63,170 bases of DNA from an uncultured Acidobacteriota bacterium (lineage in GTDB: Bacteria > Acidobacteriota > Terriglobia > Versatilivoradales > Versatilivoraceae), in the NCBI GenBank assembly GCA_964462735.1, contig CAYWYX010000004.1, positions 1 through 63,170 of the forward strand, in the 5' to 3' direction. A model generated the notes under the pieces. That model made no database searches and was not told the origin of the DNA. It saw nothing but the letters and a program-made list of their open reading frames with translations. Both the position numbers and the translations under genes were made by a program. Position 1 is the stretch's first letter. Every line of letters begins with the position of its first letter. Positions 43,566-53,104 of this stretch are shown here, in pieces.

Positions 43566-44456
43566 TTATATTAGTTCGAGCTTTTTAAGAACGCTCTCTA
43601 ATTTTTGACGGTTGTCAGTTGCCATTGGTACTAACGGTAAACGGTATACTTCTTGAATTAATCCCATCATTGATAGGGCGGCTTTAACCGGAACAGGATT
43701 AGTTTCGAGAAAATTCAGTTGCATGAGTTCAAATAGACGGTAATGAAGTTCTCGAGCAGACTTCCAATGACCTTCCAATGCTTTATGTACCATATTTGTG
43801 AAATCAGTTGGAACCTCATTGGCAATTACTGATATACAACCGTCACCTCCTACTGCTATGAATGGTAAAGTTAAAGAATCATCTCCTGACAGAACACTGA
43901 AATCAGAGGGACGATCTTTTAGTATTGCCATTACTTGATCCATATTTCCAGACGCCTCCTTAATTCCTACAATATTTGGAATTTCTGCGAGCCTTAGGAT
44001 AGTTTCAGGGAGAATATTAACACCTGTTCTTCCTGGGATATTATAAATAATTATAGGAATTTCAACAGATTCAGCAATTTTCTTAAAGTGAAGGTAATGA
44101 CCTTTTTGAGAGGGTTTATTATAGTAAGGACCAACTAAAAGAACTGCATCTGCATGAATTTTCTGAGCAAAGTGCGTAAGTTTAATTGCGTGTTCCGTAT
44201 TATTACTGCCAGCTCCAATTATGACTTTGGTACGTTTATTAACATGTTCGACTATTAGTTTACAGATTTGGCAGTGTTCTTCGAAATTTAGGGTTGAGGC
44301 CTCACCGGTTGTTCCACAGGGTACAATTGCATCAACTCTTCCCTGTACTTGAAGATCTATTAAATCTCTTAAATGCTTCTCTTGTATTTGGCCAGAAGAA
44401 TCAAAAGGTGTTATTAGAGCTGTCATAGCTCCACGAAACAATGGTGCATTCATCAC
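43566..44456 (-). CDS. dapA: 4-hydroxy-tetrahydrodipicolinate synthase
   Basis: 296 aa with MTALITPF, GTTGE and Schiff-base lysine context VGIKEASGN. Confidence 0.93.
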   Translation of the reverse strand: MMNAPLFRGAMTALITPFDSSGQIQEKHLRDLIDLQVQGRVDAIVPCGTTGEASTLNFEEHCQICKLIVEHVNKRTKVIIGAGSNNTEHAIKLTHFAQKIHADAVLLVGPYYNKPSQKGHYLHFKKIAESVEIPIIIYNIPGRTGVNILPETILRLAEIPNIVGIKEASGNMDQVMAILKDRPSDFSVLSGDDSLTLPFIAVGGDGCISVIANEVPTDFTNMVHKALEGHWKSARELHYRLFELMQLNFLETNPVPVKAALSMMGLIQEVYRLPLVPMATDNRQKLESVLKKLELI

Positions 44457-44555
44457 TAGGTACCTTTAACCAGAAAAAGGGTTGTTCTACAGAACCTTGC
44501 ACTACAACGTACGATCTTATCATTAGTTAGATTTAGTTGTAATAATAAGGAGTCT

Positions 44556-45305
44556 TCAATTTTCCCAAAGATTTTTGAGGACTTGTTCGAAAGCATAAAA
44601 TCCCTTACGTTCTTGGATCCATTGTGCTGCTAGTAGGGCCCCAAAAGCAAATCCAGCACGAGAGCGAGCCCGGTGGACTAGTTCAAGACTATCTTCCTCA
44701 GAATCAAAGATTACTGAATGTGTGCCGGGAAAGTGACCAGAGCGAGCCGACACTAGATGTAGTTCTTCAGGTGAAATTTTACGATTTAAACATTCTGTTA
44801 CCAAATGTTGTTTGCGTGGGAAATACTCCAAAAGGATATCTCCAATTTTTTTTGCAGTTCCACTTGGACTATCCATTTTTTTTCGATGATGAATTTCCAT
44901 AACAAAGGCATCATAGTTATCGAAAGAGTGCAGAAGTTTTGCCGAGGTTTTGACAATTTGAAGAAAAAGATTAAGACCTAGAGAAAAGTTTGGAGCATAT
45001 ACACATCCGACTGCATTATCTTGAATAATTTTTTTTGCTTGTGGAATCTGGTGATACCAGCCTGTAGTTCCTATAACGATAGGTTTTCCTGATTCTACAA
45101 TTTTTTGAATATTTGGTAGGGTACTTTGAGGTTGCGCAAACTCTATACAAACATTTACTTCACTTAGTAATTCCTTAGTAATACTAGGGAAAACATTATC
45201 ACCAGCAATGGGATCAACCCTAGCTATTATTTGATGACCTTGTTTCAAAGCTAAAAGTTCTACCTCCTTTCCCATATTTCCATAGCCAATAAGTGCGATC
45301 TTCAT
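44556..45305 (-). CDS. dapB: 4-hydroxy-tetrahydrodipicolinate reductase
   Basis: 249 aa with MKIALIGYGNMG, APNFSLG and EIHHRKKMDSPSGTA. Confidence 0.9.
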   Translation of the reverse strand: MKIALIGYGNMGKEVELLALKQGHQIIARVDPIAGDNVFPSITKELLSEVNVCIEFAQPQSTLPNIQKIVESGKPIVIGTTGWYHQIPQAKKIIQDNAVGCVYAPNFSLGLNLFLQIVKTSAKLLHSFDNYDAFVMEIHHRKKMDSPSGTAKKIGDILLEYFPRKQHLVTECLNRKISPEELHLVSARSGHFPGTHSVIFDSEEDSLELVHRARSRAGFAFGALLAAQWIQERKGFYAFEQVLKNLWEN

Positions 45306-45341
45306 TTTACCTCTCAGTTCGTTGATATTGATGAATACAAT

Positions 45342-47987
45342 TCAATGAACCTCTCCTTTGTACGGAATTCCTAGTGAAACGAGGTTAGTGAAAAGACGGA
45401 TTGCCCCTACCACCCCTGCAGGAAGTTGACGAAACCACGAGTATGAGGTAAGGACATACTGACCTTTTCCAAAATTTGCTATTAATAATCCGCCATCAAG
45501 AGGTGATTCTCCGGGATCGTTCGAGGCAAGCAATGCTTTAAACTGCTTATCCCTCTCCTGAATAAAATAGAGTCCTCGTTCTTGTACCCAATGTGAAAAA
45601 TCTTGCTGAGTAATTTTGTTAGGATAATGAAAGATACGATGTTCCGGCATAAGTATTGTCATAAGTGCATTTTCGTCAGTCACTCTATGTTTACGATCGA
45701 CAATCCTAGACGGATAGGGTCCATACTGGGACTGATTCCATGTTAACGGAGTATTATACTGAACAATGAAGACCCCACCGTTTTCGACGTATTTAAGTAG
45801 ACGAACATTTTGTTCCACTAGGTCCGATCTCACTTGATAAGCTCTAATACCGGCGATGATACAGTGGTATTTTTCTAAGTTTTCAGTAGCTAAATCTTCA
45901 GGTTCTAGGCGTCTAACAAACATACCTATTTGTTCAAGAGTTTGAGGGACCTCATCTCCAGCTCCCATAATGTAACCAATTCTTAACTTTTTAGGAGTTT
46001 TAAGATCAAGAGTCACTACTTCGGATTGAGCTATTTTATAGAGAGGTTGGTTCCATCTGTCAAAAACTGAAATCATTCTATGTTGTTGGGTGAAGCGGCT
46101 ATTATTGATGCTAGCTATAGCTCGGAATCCAGCTCTACCAATTGGAACTGAATCGGAATTTCCCGAAGCAATAAATTGGAAGCTAGCTAGCTGGCCAGAT
46201 TTTGCGATTGAGAACCAGAATTGTTTAGGTTGAACTTGCCAACCTCTCGGTGGTATAAGCTCAACTTTTCCTTGTATTTTAGTTAGAGAGTTATTACGAA
46301 CCTGTACTTGGATCTTTCGAGTTAGTCTAGCTTTATCCAATGGAACTAATTGAAGCGGTGGTTCGACATGTATATTGACTAGTGGGACGACATGAATGGG
46401 AACCTTCCGTGTTCCTCTAAGTCTGTCGATTTTTAGAAATTCAACAGTTTGTTCCTTTTCAAGAGATATTCCCTTGTATTCATACCGTAGTCTGATTTTC
46501 ATCAAATGGGGGGGGAGTGCTTGATTAATTAGTCTGTAGTCATTAACTGTGTAGGTGTTTTGATTTTTTGCGGTTCGTTTCCAATGAGGTTCACTAGGTC
46601 TAGCGTTTGTTGGCACTGTACCCAGCATTTCAAAATTTGTTGTTTCACCAGCTTTCAATAGAGGAAAGGGTCCAAGTACAGGTTTGACTCTAAGGACGTT
46701 GCTATCCCAGTCAATGCCTTTCAAAGTTAGAGGATAATTAGAGCGATTGACAACTTGAATGCTTATTTGAAAAGTTTGACCGGATGTAAGTGAGGGTGAA
46801 TCAATATAGGCTTCAACTGACAAGGCATTGAATCGGTGCAAGCATTCAATAAAATCTTTTTCTTTTTCAGTCAAAAAGAATCTGATGGAGTTAAATTTAG
46901 GACCAGCAAAATCAGAGTGATTTAGTTTGTCTTGGATTTTTCTTAATTTCTCCAATCCGTCAACTAGTAAAGGTAAGGACAGGGAATAATCTGATATTGA
47001 GAATAAACGTTGAGTCTTTTTTGCAGCGAGCTCTAGTAAGAGTAGGTCATTTTTAAGCCAATTACGTATAGAAGTGTCTTCTGGAAGTAAATCAACTAAA
47101 GAAGACAAACCTAAGTTGAGAAAAGCCTCAAAAGAAGAAGTATTGGATGTTACTTGGATAGGGGAATTGTTCTTTTCGATTAATTTTAAGGCAATTGAAT
47201 CCGATCCAGGGGGGGCATAAATATGGCCCATCCCCTGAGACCGATGGAGGCTATATCCAAGAGCGCCTATCTGGTTATACGACAAACCTAAGAGAGGATT
47301 ATGTCTGCCGGTATTGATTTGAATATCTCCAGAATCCTTTCTATTAACAACGTAAAACTGTTGAGCCTTCCAAGGGAATAGGCCCTGATGGATTAATTGT
47401 GGAAACTGGTTTGGGTCTCCAGAGATTTTATATGCTTCCCGGGCTAAAATTCCCGCTGCTTGGTGGTGACCATGACCATCTTGGACTGAACCATGATAAA
47501 TGGAGATTATTGTAAGAGGACGGAAGGAACGAATAGCTCGGACTATATCTTCCAAAACATTATCATGTCCCCATTTTTTGATGGTTTCTTCCGAGCTTCT
47601 AGAAAAGCCAAAATCAAATGCTCGTGTGAAATACTGTTGAGTACCATAGAATTTGCTAGCAGCTATCATTTCTCCTGTCCTGACCAGTCCCAAAGCATCA
47701 AACAAATCTGAACTCACCAAATTTTGTCCTCCCTCACCTCTAGTGATTGTCAGTAAAGCTGTTTTAGCATGTAAGCCCCTGCTGACATAGGTTACTAAAC
47801 CAGCGGGCTCATCATCAGGGTGGGCTGCAATGAATAAGACCCTAGAAGTAAGAGGAAGCCGGGATAATGATTGAATCAGGCCTACTGCACCTTGATCCCA
47901 AAGAGAGTTCTGGCCTAGACTACTGCTATTCGAAAAGACAAGTAGAAAACACCAAAAAAAAGGGGAATAGAATCGAATTAATCGAAT
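45342..47987 (-). CDS. Large secreted PIG-L/LmbE-family N-acetylglucosaminyl-type deacetylase with a C-terminal class-I-glutamine-amidotransferase-like (ThuA-like) region. Proposed ATT start.
   Basis: The track ORF (45342..47720) starts at TTG, but the frame is open to 48026. The extension encodes a signal peptide plus FIAAHPDDE and TITRGEGG, with HGHHQA further downstream; these are the PIG-L signature motifs. AGGAG (47996-48000) lies 8 nt upstream of in-frame ATT 47985-47987. The C-terminal IGYIMGAGDEVP...IIAGIRAY resembles a GATase1-like fold (inference). The stop is secure; the start is inferred. Confidence 0.7.
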   Translation of the reverse strand: MRLIRFYSPFFWCFLLVFSNSSSLGQNSLWDQGAVGLIQSLSRLPLTSRVLFIAAHPDDEPAGLVTYVSRGLHAKTALLTITRGEGGQNLVSSDLFDALGLVRTGEMIAASKFYGTQQYFTRAFDFGFSRSSEETIKKWGHDNVLEDIVRAIRSFRPLTIISIYHGSVQDGHGHHQAAGILAREAYKISGDPNQFPQLIHQGLFPWKAQQFYVVNRKDSGDIQINTGRHNPLLGLSYNQIGALGYSLHRSQGMGHIYAPPGSDSIALKLIEKNNSPIQVTSNTSSFEAFLNLGLSSLVDLLPEDTSIRNWLKNDLLLLELAAKKTQRLFSISDYSLSLPLLVDGLEKLRKIQDKLNHSDFAGPKFNSIRFFLTEKEKDFIECLHRFNALSVEAYIDSPSLTSGQTFQISIQVVNRSNYPLTLKGIDWDSNVLRVKPVLGPFPLLKAGETTNFEMLGTVPTNARPSEPHWKRTAKNQNTYTVNDYRLINQALPPHLMKIRLRYEYKGISLEKEQTVEFLKIDRLRGTRKVPIHVVPLVNIHVEPPLQLVPLDKARLTRKIQVQVRNNSLTKIQGKVELIPPRGWQVQPKQFWFSIAKSGQLASFQFIASGNSDSVPIGRAGFRAIASINNSRFTQQHRMISVFDRWNQPLYKIAQSEVVTLDLKTPKKLRIGYIMGAGDEVPQTLEQIGMFVRRLEPEDLATENLEKYHCIIAGIRAYQVRSDLVEQNVRLLKYVENGGVFIVQYNTPLTWNQSQYGPYPSRIVDRKHRVTDENALMTILMPEHRIFHYPNKITQQDFSHWVQERGLYFIQERDKQFKALLASNDPGESPLDGGLLIANFGKGQYVLTSYSWFRQLPAGVVGAIRLFTNLVSLGIPYKGEVH

Positions 47988-48080
47988 AACTGAGTCTCCT
48001 GTAAAAAACGTAGTGAATGTATCTATTTAAACTGTATCTTTCTACACTTAATTAGCCTGACTGACAAGATTCTATGTGAA

Positions 48081-49751
48081 TTAGTAGGCAATTGTTCTTT
48101 TATTTTGGTCCATGTATCTACTAAATGTAAAAAAGACTAATGCAATCATAATGATTAACAGTACACCATAGGCGGCTGCACTGCCGAAGTTAAATTGTCT
48201 AATCTGGGAGAGAATTTCCACTGAAATTGGCCTATTGTCAATGGTATAAATAACAATTGATGAAACGAATTCTCCTAGGGCCGTTACAAAAGCTAACATT
48301 CCTCCAGCAATTATTGACGGTAGAAGTAAGGGTAATAGAATCCGCCGCAAGGTAAATAACCATGAAGCCCCTAAAGATCTAGCTGCGTCATGAAATTCTG
48401 GATTTAATTGTTCTAGACCGGCTTGGATGGCTCTAACTACCAAAGGAATATGCCGAATAAAATAGGCTAGTGGTAAAATCCAAAATGTTCCTACCAGTAA
48501 AATGCGACCTTCAAGTAAATCGTTTTTACCAAAGGTGGTTGCTAAATTAAGAGCAATTACTGTGCCTGGTAAAGCCCAAGGTAGAACAGTTAGAATGCTT
48601 AGTCCAAGTCGACCTCTAAGCTTTTTCTGAATTAAAAGCCAACCAGCAGCTAGGGCAAATAGTATGTTTGCTATTGTTGCAAGAATCGCCATTTTCAAAC
48701 TATTGGATATTGGCTTTAAAAAATCACTATCGTTAAACAGGCGTTGATAATTTTCAATAGTGTAATCAGGAGGTAAGATTTGGGTGGTCCAAGTGCCATC
48801 TTGGCTAAAGCTGATCAAAATAAGTGTAATGTGCGGGAGTAAAAGAAGTGTAACAAAACTAATCCCAAGGCATGCTATTAAGGTCCTTTGAGCCTTACTT
48901 TTTAAAATTAGGATATTAGGAGAAACTCCTTTATTTACTGAGCGATATTTATCTGTAGCTTCATATTTCTGTAACAGAAAGAGAAACAGGATTGAACTAG
49001 TAGTAAGAACAACTGTTTCGACCATCGCCATTTCTAAATCACCATTTAGCTTTGAATTATAAATTTGAAGAGCTAAAACGCGAATTCCTCCTCCAAAAAT
49101 GTAGGGAGCACTAAAACTAGCCATTGAAGTCATAAAAGTGAGCAAGGAAGCACCAAGGATAGCAGGGGTGAGCATGGGCAGGGTAACCCATCGCAGAGTT
49201 TGTAACCTAGAAGCACCTAACGAAAGTGAAGCTTCTTTAAGAGACTCGTCCATTCGTTTCAAGGCTGAAGAGACAAATAAATAAAAGTAAACGTACATAG
49301 TGTAGCCATGTACCAAAAGAATAGCCGGTATTCCTTCTAGAGAAAAAGGAGGATTTCTTAGTTGTAGTAACCATTGAAGGCCTCTAGTAAAAAGACCACT
49401 TTCTCCATAAAGAAACAAAAAAGCCATTACACCTACGAGTGGTGGAAGTAGCACTGGTAGAGATGCTAAGGAAGCAAACAATCTTCTACCTGGGAAATCA
49501 AATCGGTTAAAGATAAATGCCAAGGGAATTCCAATAGTTGCAGAGATTAGGACACTACCTATAGATATGAGAAGACTGTTACTAAGTGACTCAATTTGAG
49601 AGGAACTTGAAAAAAAAACTTTGTAATTTTCCAAGCTTAGATGTCCTGCTTTAACAAAACTCTGAAAGAGAACGTAGAGATTTGGATAAAGTACAAACCA
49701 GATAAGCAGACCAAACACCGGTATGGAAATCCAAAGATTTGATTTTTTCAC
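48081..49751 (-). CDS. ABC transporter permease, duplicated (two-TMD) FbpB/ThiP-like
   Basis: 556 aa with a GTG start, about 12 TM helices and two binding-protein-dependent transport EAA-type loops (EASLSLGASRLQTLRWVTLP and DAARSLGASWLFTLRRILLP). Confidence 0.85.
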   Translation of the reverse strand: MKKSNLWISIPVFGLLIWFVLYPNLYVLFQSFVKAGHLSLENYKVFFSSSSQIESLSNSLLISIGSVLISATIGIPLAFIFNRFDFPGRRLFASLASLPVLLPPLVGVMAFLFLYGESGLFTRGLQWLLQLRNPPFSLEGIPAILLVHGYTMYVYFYLFVSSALKRMDESLKEASLSLGASRLQTLRWVTLPMLTPAILGASLLTFMTSMASFSAPYIFGGGIRVLALQIYNSKLNGDLEMAMVETVVLTTSSILFLFLLQKYEATDKYRSVNKGVSPNILILKSKAQRTLIACLGISFVTLLLLPHITLILISFSQDGTWTTQILPPDYTIENYQRLFNDSDFLKPISNSLKMAILATIANILFALAAGWLLIQKKLRGRLGLSILTVLPWALPGTVIALNLATTFGKNDLLEGRILLVGTFWILPLAYFIRHIPLVVRAIQAGLEQLNPEFHDAARSLGASWLFTLRRILLPLLLPSIIAGGMLAFVTALGEFVSSIVIYTIDNRPISVEILSQIRQFNFGSAAAYGVLLIIMIALVFFTFSRYMDQNKRTIAY

Positions 49752-49907
49752 GGTTATTAACTGTTTTCAGAAGAATTTTTAGATTGTTTTAGGAAAAAGG
49801 TCTCCAACAATATTGACACCCTAAAAGTAAAATTTTTTTGCACTTAAATAAATTTAATAGAGAAGATTGCTGTAACTATAAATTGTAAATGGGACTTCAA
49901 AAAATGG

Positions 49908-50993
49908 TTAGTTCCATTTATCGCTTGGAATGATATAAATGGAATTGGCCTCTAGAAATAAATTAATATAATTTCCTACCTTATGAAAAGAACAGGTTAA
50001 CGAGCTATTTATCAAAACTAAAACGGTCAGTCCTTCTCCCTTTAGGACAAATTCTATGTTAGCACCCATAAAACGTTGAGATATAATTTGAGCTGAAAAA
50101 AGAGGTTGAGTGCTACTAGTTTCCTCTAATTGCACATTCTCGGGTCGGAGCAAAAGCTTATAATATTCTCCTATTTTCAGCTTAGGGTGGTGTTTTGGTG
50201 AAATACAAAGTTCCATCCCAGAAGGCAATTTAAAAACTGCTGCTGCCTCTTCATGACTTTTTAGAGGTAGTTCCCATATATTTGATTTGCCTATAAAGTT
50301 AGCAACAAAATGATTTGCTGGGCGAAAATATAATTCTTGAGCGGTGCCAATCTGCTGAAGAGTACCCTCTGACAGTAAGGCAACTCGATCTGAAAATGCA
50401 AAAGCTTCCTCTTGATCATGGGTCACAAAGATTGTTGTGATATGGAGCTGGTGAATCAGCTCACTCAGTTGAGAGCGTGTTTGTTCTCGGAGGCCAGCAT
50501 CTAGATTACTTAGTGGTTCGTCTAATAAGAGGAGTTTTGGTTCGATGACGACAGCACGTGCAACCGACACCCGTTGTTGTTCACCTCCACTTAACTTAAA
50601 TACGGCTCGTTTGTGGTAAGAAGATAGATTAACGAGTGACAGTGCCTTTTCCACCTTATTTTTTATTTCGTTAGTTGAATAACCTCGAGCTTTTAAGCCA
50701 AAAGCAACGTTTTCAAAAACATTAAGGTGGGGAAATAGTGCATAAGACTGGAAAACCATTCCGATATTACGTTTTTCTGGGGGTAGTGAGGTAATATCCT
50801 GTTCATCGATAATAATTTTTCCAGAGCTAGGCTTTAAGAGTCCTGCTATGAGTCGAATTGTAGTAGTCTTTCCACATCCGCTAGGTCCTAGCAAAGTTAA
50901 TATTTTACCGGAATCTACTTGTAGACTAAGTTGATTAAGAGCTCTTATGTTACCAAATTGGTAGCTTAGATTTTGCAGTTGGAGTTTAGCCAT
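49908..50993 (-). CDS. ABC transporter ATP-binding protein (FbpC/PotA-like)
   Basis: Walker A GPSGCGKTT, signature LSGGEQQRV, Walker B LLLLDEP and a C-terminal TOBE-like domain. I prefer ATG 50993 (MAKLQLQNL) over the track's TTG at 51014. Confidence 0.88.
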   Translation of the reverse strand: MAKLQLQNLSYQFGNIRALNQLSLQVDSGKILTLLGPSGCGKTTTIRLIAGLLKPSSGKIIIDEQDITSLPPEKRNIGMVFQSYALFPHLNVFENVAFGLKARGYSTNEIKNKVEKALSLVNLSSYHKRAVFKLSGGEQQRVSVARAVVIEPKLLLLDEPLSNLDAGLREQTRSQLSELIHQLHITTIFVTHDQEEAFAFSDRVALLSEGTLQQIGTAQELYFRPANHFVANFIGKSNIWELPLKSHEEAAAVFKLPSGMELCISPKHHPKLKIGEYYKLLLRPENVQLEETSSTQPLFSAQIISQRFMGANIEFVLKGEGLTVLVLINSSLTCSFHKVGNYINLFLEANSIYIIPSDKWN

Positions 50994-51046
50994 TGATTTG
51001 TAGGTTTGATACAACCCAATAGAGTTGTTTCATTAAAATGTAAGGT

Positions 51047-52078
51047 TTAAGTTCCTTTATTACGTATATTTTCGTCCCAATAGCGCATCCATTTTCTTGA
51101 ATTTTTTCTTAAGGTCTGCCAATCGACTGGGATTACCTTGATGGAGGTTTTACGAAACCACTCCGGCAACTCATTTTTTGAGATATCCTTTCGACATGGA
51201 AGTCGATAAAAGAGTTTAGCAGCTTGAATCAAACTTTGTTTAGATGTTACAAACTCATAAAACTGCAGGGCTGATTTTTTGTTATGAGCTCTGGCAACTA
51301 AAGCAATTCCATCTGTAACAACAGGTGTGCCACTCATTGGTATGATATAGTCAAGGGGATAGTCATAGCGGGCCCGCTGTAGTTCTATATCAGGCATGTT
51401 CCATAGAGTAATCCAACCTTCTTGCCTAGCTAGTTTCTGAATGAGCATTGTAAGATTCGGTACATAGGTTTTTGTGTTAGCATCTAGTTTCATTAGCCAC
51501 TCATATCCAGAATCTGGTGACCCTTGTGCTTGAATAGCTTTCAAAATCATTGTACAGAAAATCGTTCTCATGGTGCCTGAAGCAAGTGGATCTCTAATAA
51601 TAATCTTGTTTTTCCATTTGGGATCCAACAGATCATTCCAGTCCTTAGGCACTTCTTCAGGTTTCATTACAGTGCTGTTGTAGGCAATAACCTCCGGGGT
51701 TTCGTAGGTTCCGTACCAAAAATCTTTAGAGCTGTATGCCCCTTCCAATATAGCCTGGGACCAAGTAGGTTTATATGGATTTAGTAACTTTTCTTCTTCA
51801 GCTTGCTGGAAAAGATCAGCTGGAGCTCCCCACCAAATGTCGGCCTGAGGATTTTCTTTTTCTGAACGCAGTCGGTCAAGGACGTCCTGACTGCCCATAT
51901 CGAGCCATTTAACATTAACTCGAGGAAATTTTTCCTCAAAGCGATTTTCAAAGTGTGTTAAGAGTTCTTTGCCATGAGGAGAGTAGATGACGAGTGATTT
52001 TTTCCAATTACTCTGTTGAGAGCAAGCTGATAGAAAAAAAAATCCTGCCCAAACAATAACAATCATAAAACGACACAT
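51047..52078 (-). CDS. ABC transporter periplasmic substrate-binding lipoprotein (family 1; Fe3+/thiamine/polyamine type)
   Basis: 343 aa with lipobox FLSAC and a PBP2 family-1 pattern (SLVIYSPHG...ADIWWG). The ligand cannot be assigned by eye. Confidence 0.8.
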   Translation of the reverse strand: MCRFMIVIVWAGFFFLSACSQQSNWKKSLVIYSPHGKELLTHFENRFEEKFPRVNVKWLDMGSQDVLDRLRSEKENPQADIWWGAPADLFQQAEEEKLLNPYKPTWSQAILEGAYSSKDFWYGTYETPEVIAYNSTVMKPEEVPKDWNDLLDPKWKNKIIIRDPLASGTMRTIFCTMILKAIQAQGSPDSGYEWLMKLDANTKTYVPNLTMLIQKLARQEGWITLWNMPDIELQRARYDYPLDYIIPMSGTPVVTDGIALVARAHNKKSALQFYEFVTSKQSLIQAAKLFYRLPCRKDISKNELPEWFRKTSIKVIPVDWQTLRKNSRKWMRYWDENIRNKGT

Positions 52079-52164
52079 TATTATCTAGATTACCTCAGTT
52101 TTAGACATAAACTATGTGTTGCCCTTTTTATCCTAGATAAACTGTCTAATAATAGAGAAACTAC

Positions 52165-52467
52165 TTAGGAGTTGGATTCTGATTCTTCGATACTAATTTT
52201 GAGCGATTTTAAAAACTTAACATCTTGAGAAGTAATATTTAGTTTTGCCTCATAGTTGCTGTTCAGTGTTGAGGCTGAGTCAACGCGGGATTCCTTGTTT
52301 TGTTTGTTAAAACCTATAGTTGCCTCTAACACCAGAAAAACATTGTATCCAGATGCTTTAATCCTAGAGATGGTTTCCTGAATTGCTTCGGAAGTTGATA
52401 GGCTTTCGTTAATAGCATTTCCTAATTCCTTCATTAAACCTTTGAGATTTTCATCCATCTCATTCAT
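52165..52467 (-). CDS. Hypothetical small acidic protein
   Basis: 100-aa ORF with no TM segment and no recognised motif. It lies 86 nt upstream of, and co-directional with, the ABC operon. Confidence 0.4.
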   Translation of the reverse strand: MNEMDENLKGLMKELGNAINESLSTSEAIQETISRIKASGYNVFLVLEATIGFNKQNKESRVDSASTLNSNYEAKLNITSQDVKFLKSLKISIEESESNS

Positions 52468-52761
52468 CTAGTTTTCCTCTAACTTAGTCGTACCAGTGTA
52501 GGTTTTCTTTGAAATGTAAGTTGACATTCATGACTTAGACTATTTTAACTTGTTGAGATTGCGGTAGAAATGTTACTTACAAGGAACAAGAGTGTCAAGA
52601 TATGGGTCTCCAAATGGATTAAGTAATCCTTTATTTTTGAGAAGCATTAAACATAGGGATAACAGGTGACAACATTATTTTTCACTCAACTGAGAGAACC
52701 ACAATCATTCTTGGATAAAGTGATATGTTATTATAAAGTGCAATCTTATTTGGGAGAAATT

Positions 52762-53022
52762 ATGGCTCTTAGCTTATTACAGAAATTCAAATTAGCCTTT
52801 AGAGATTTTGGTGTAAGCTTACATAAACTATTCCTCCAAATAACAGGTTTATTATTTACGGTGTTTGGTTTGTTCCTGCTTTTAAAAGGGTACCAGCACC
52901 TCGGGGATTCTGAAGAATCTGGATTTAAATATTATTTTATAATAGCTGCGTTTCTCCTTTTTGGGGTTCTAATGCTTGGTTTTGGAATTCAATCCTTATA
53001 TCGTTTGCGATCCATGAAGTGA
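52762..53022 (+). CDS. Hypothetical small membrane protein (two predicted TM helices)
   Basis: The track ORF is 52666..53022. ATG 52762, preceded by GGGAGAAATT, gives 86 aa with two hydrophobic helices (ITGLLFTVFGLFLLL and FIIAAFLLFGVLMLGFGI). Confidence 0.4.
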   Translation: MALSLLQKFKLAFRDFGVSLHKLFLQITGLLFTVFGLFLLLKGYQHLGDSEESGFKYYFIIAAFLLFGVLMLGFGIQSLYRLRSMK

Positions 53023-53104
53023 ACTAGTTACTATCTAATAGTTGGTTCCAGTTTAGCTTTAATTTGATTAAGTTCTGCCCAGCCCAACATTTCTCTATTC
53101 TATA

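Noticed and set aside
49790-49815. Recurrence of a GGTCTCC core in three intergenic regions (about 30630, 49797 and 52606) as a possible shared regulatory motif
   Set aside because: Only 7-8 nt are shared. Orientation and flanking context differ, and chance recurrence of such a short word in 63 kb is expected.
52079-52164. Possible TPP riboswitch or Fur box in the leader of the ABC transporter operon
   Set aside because: At 86 nt it is too short for a TPP aptamer, and it has no CUGAGA/ACCUGA core. Nothing resembles the 19-bp Fur consensus. Only an 8-bp inverted repeat is present, which I mention under the small-ORF finding.
53023-53104. Possible cobalamin riboswitch upstream of the mutase gene
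   Set aside because: It is only 82 nt and has no B12-box (GCCACTG-like) sequence.
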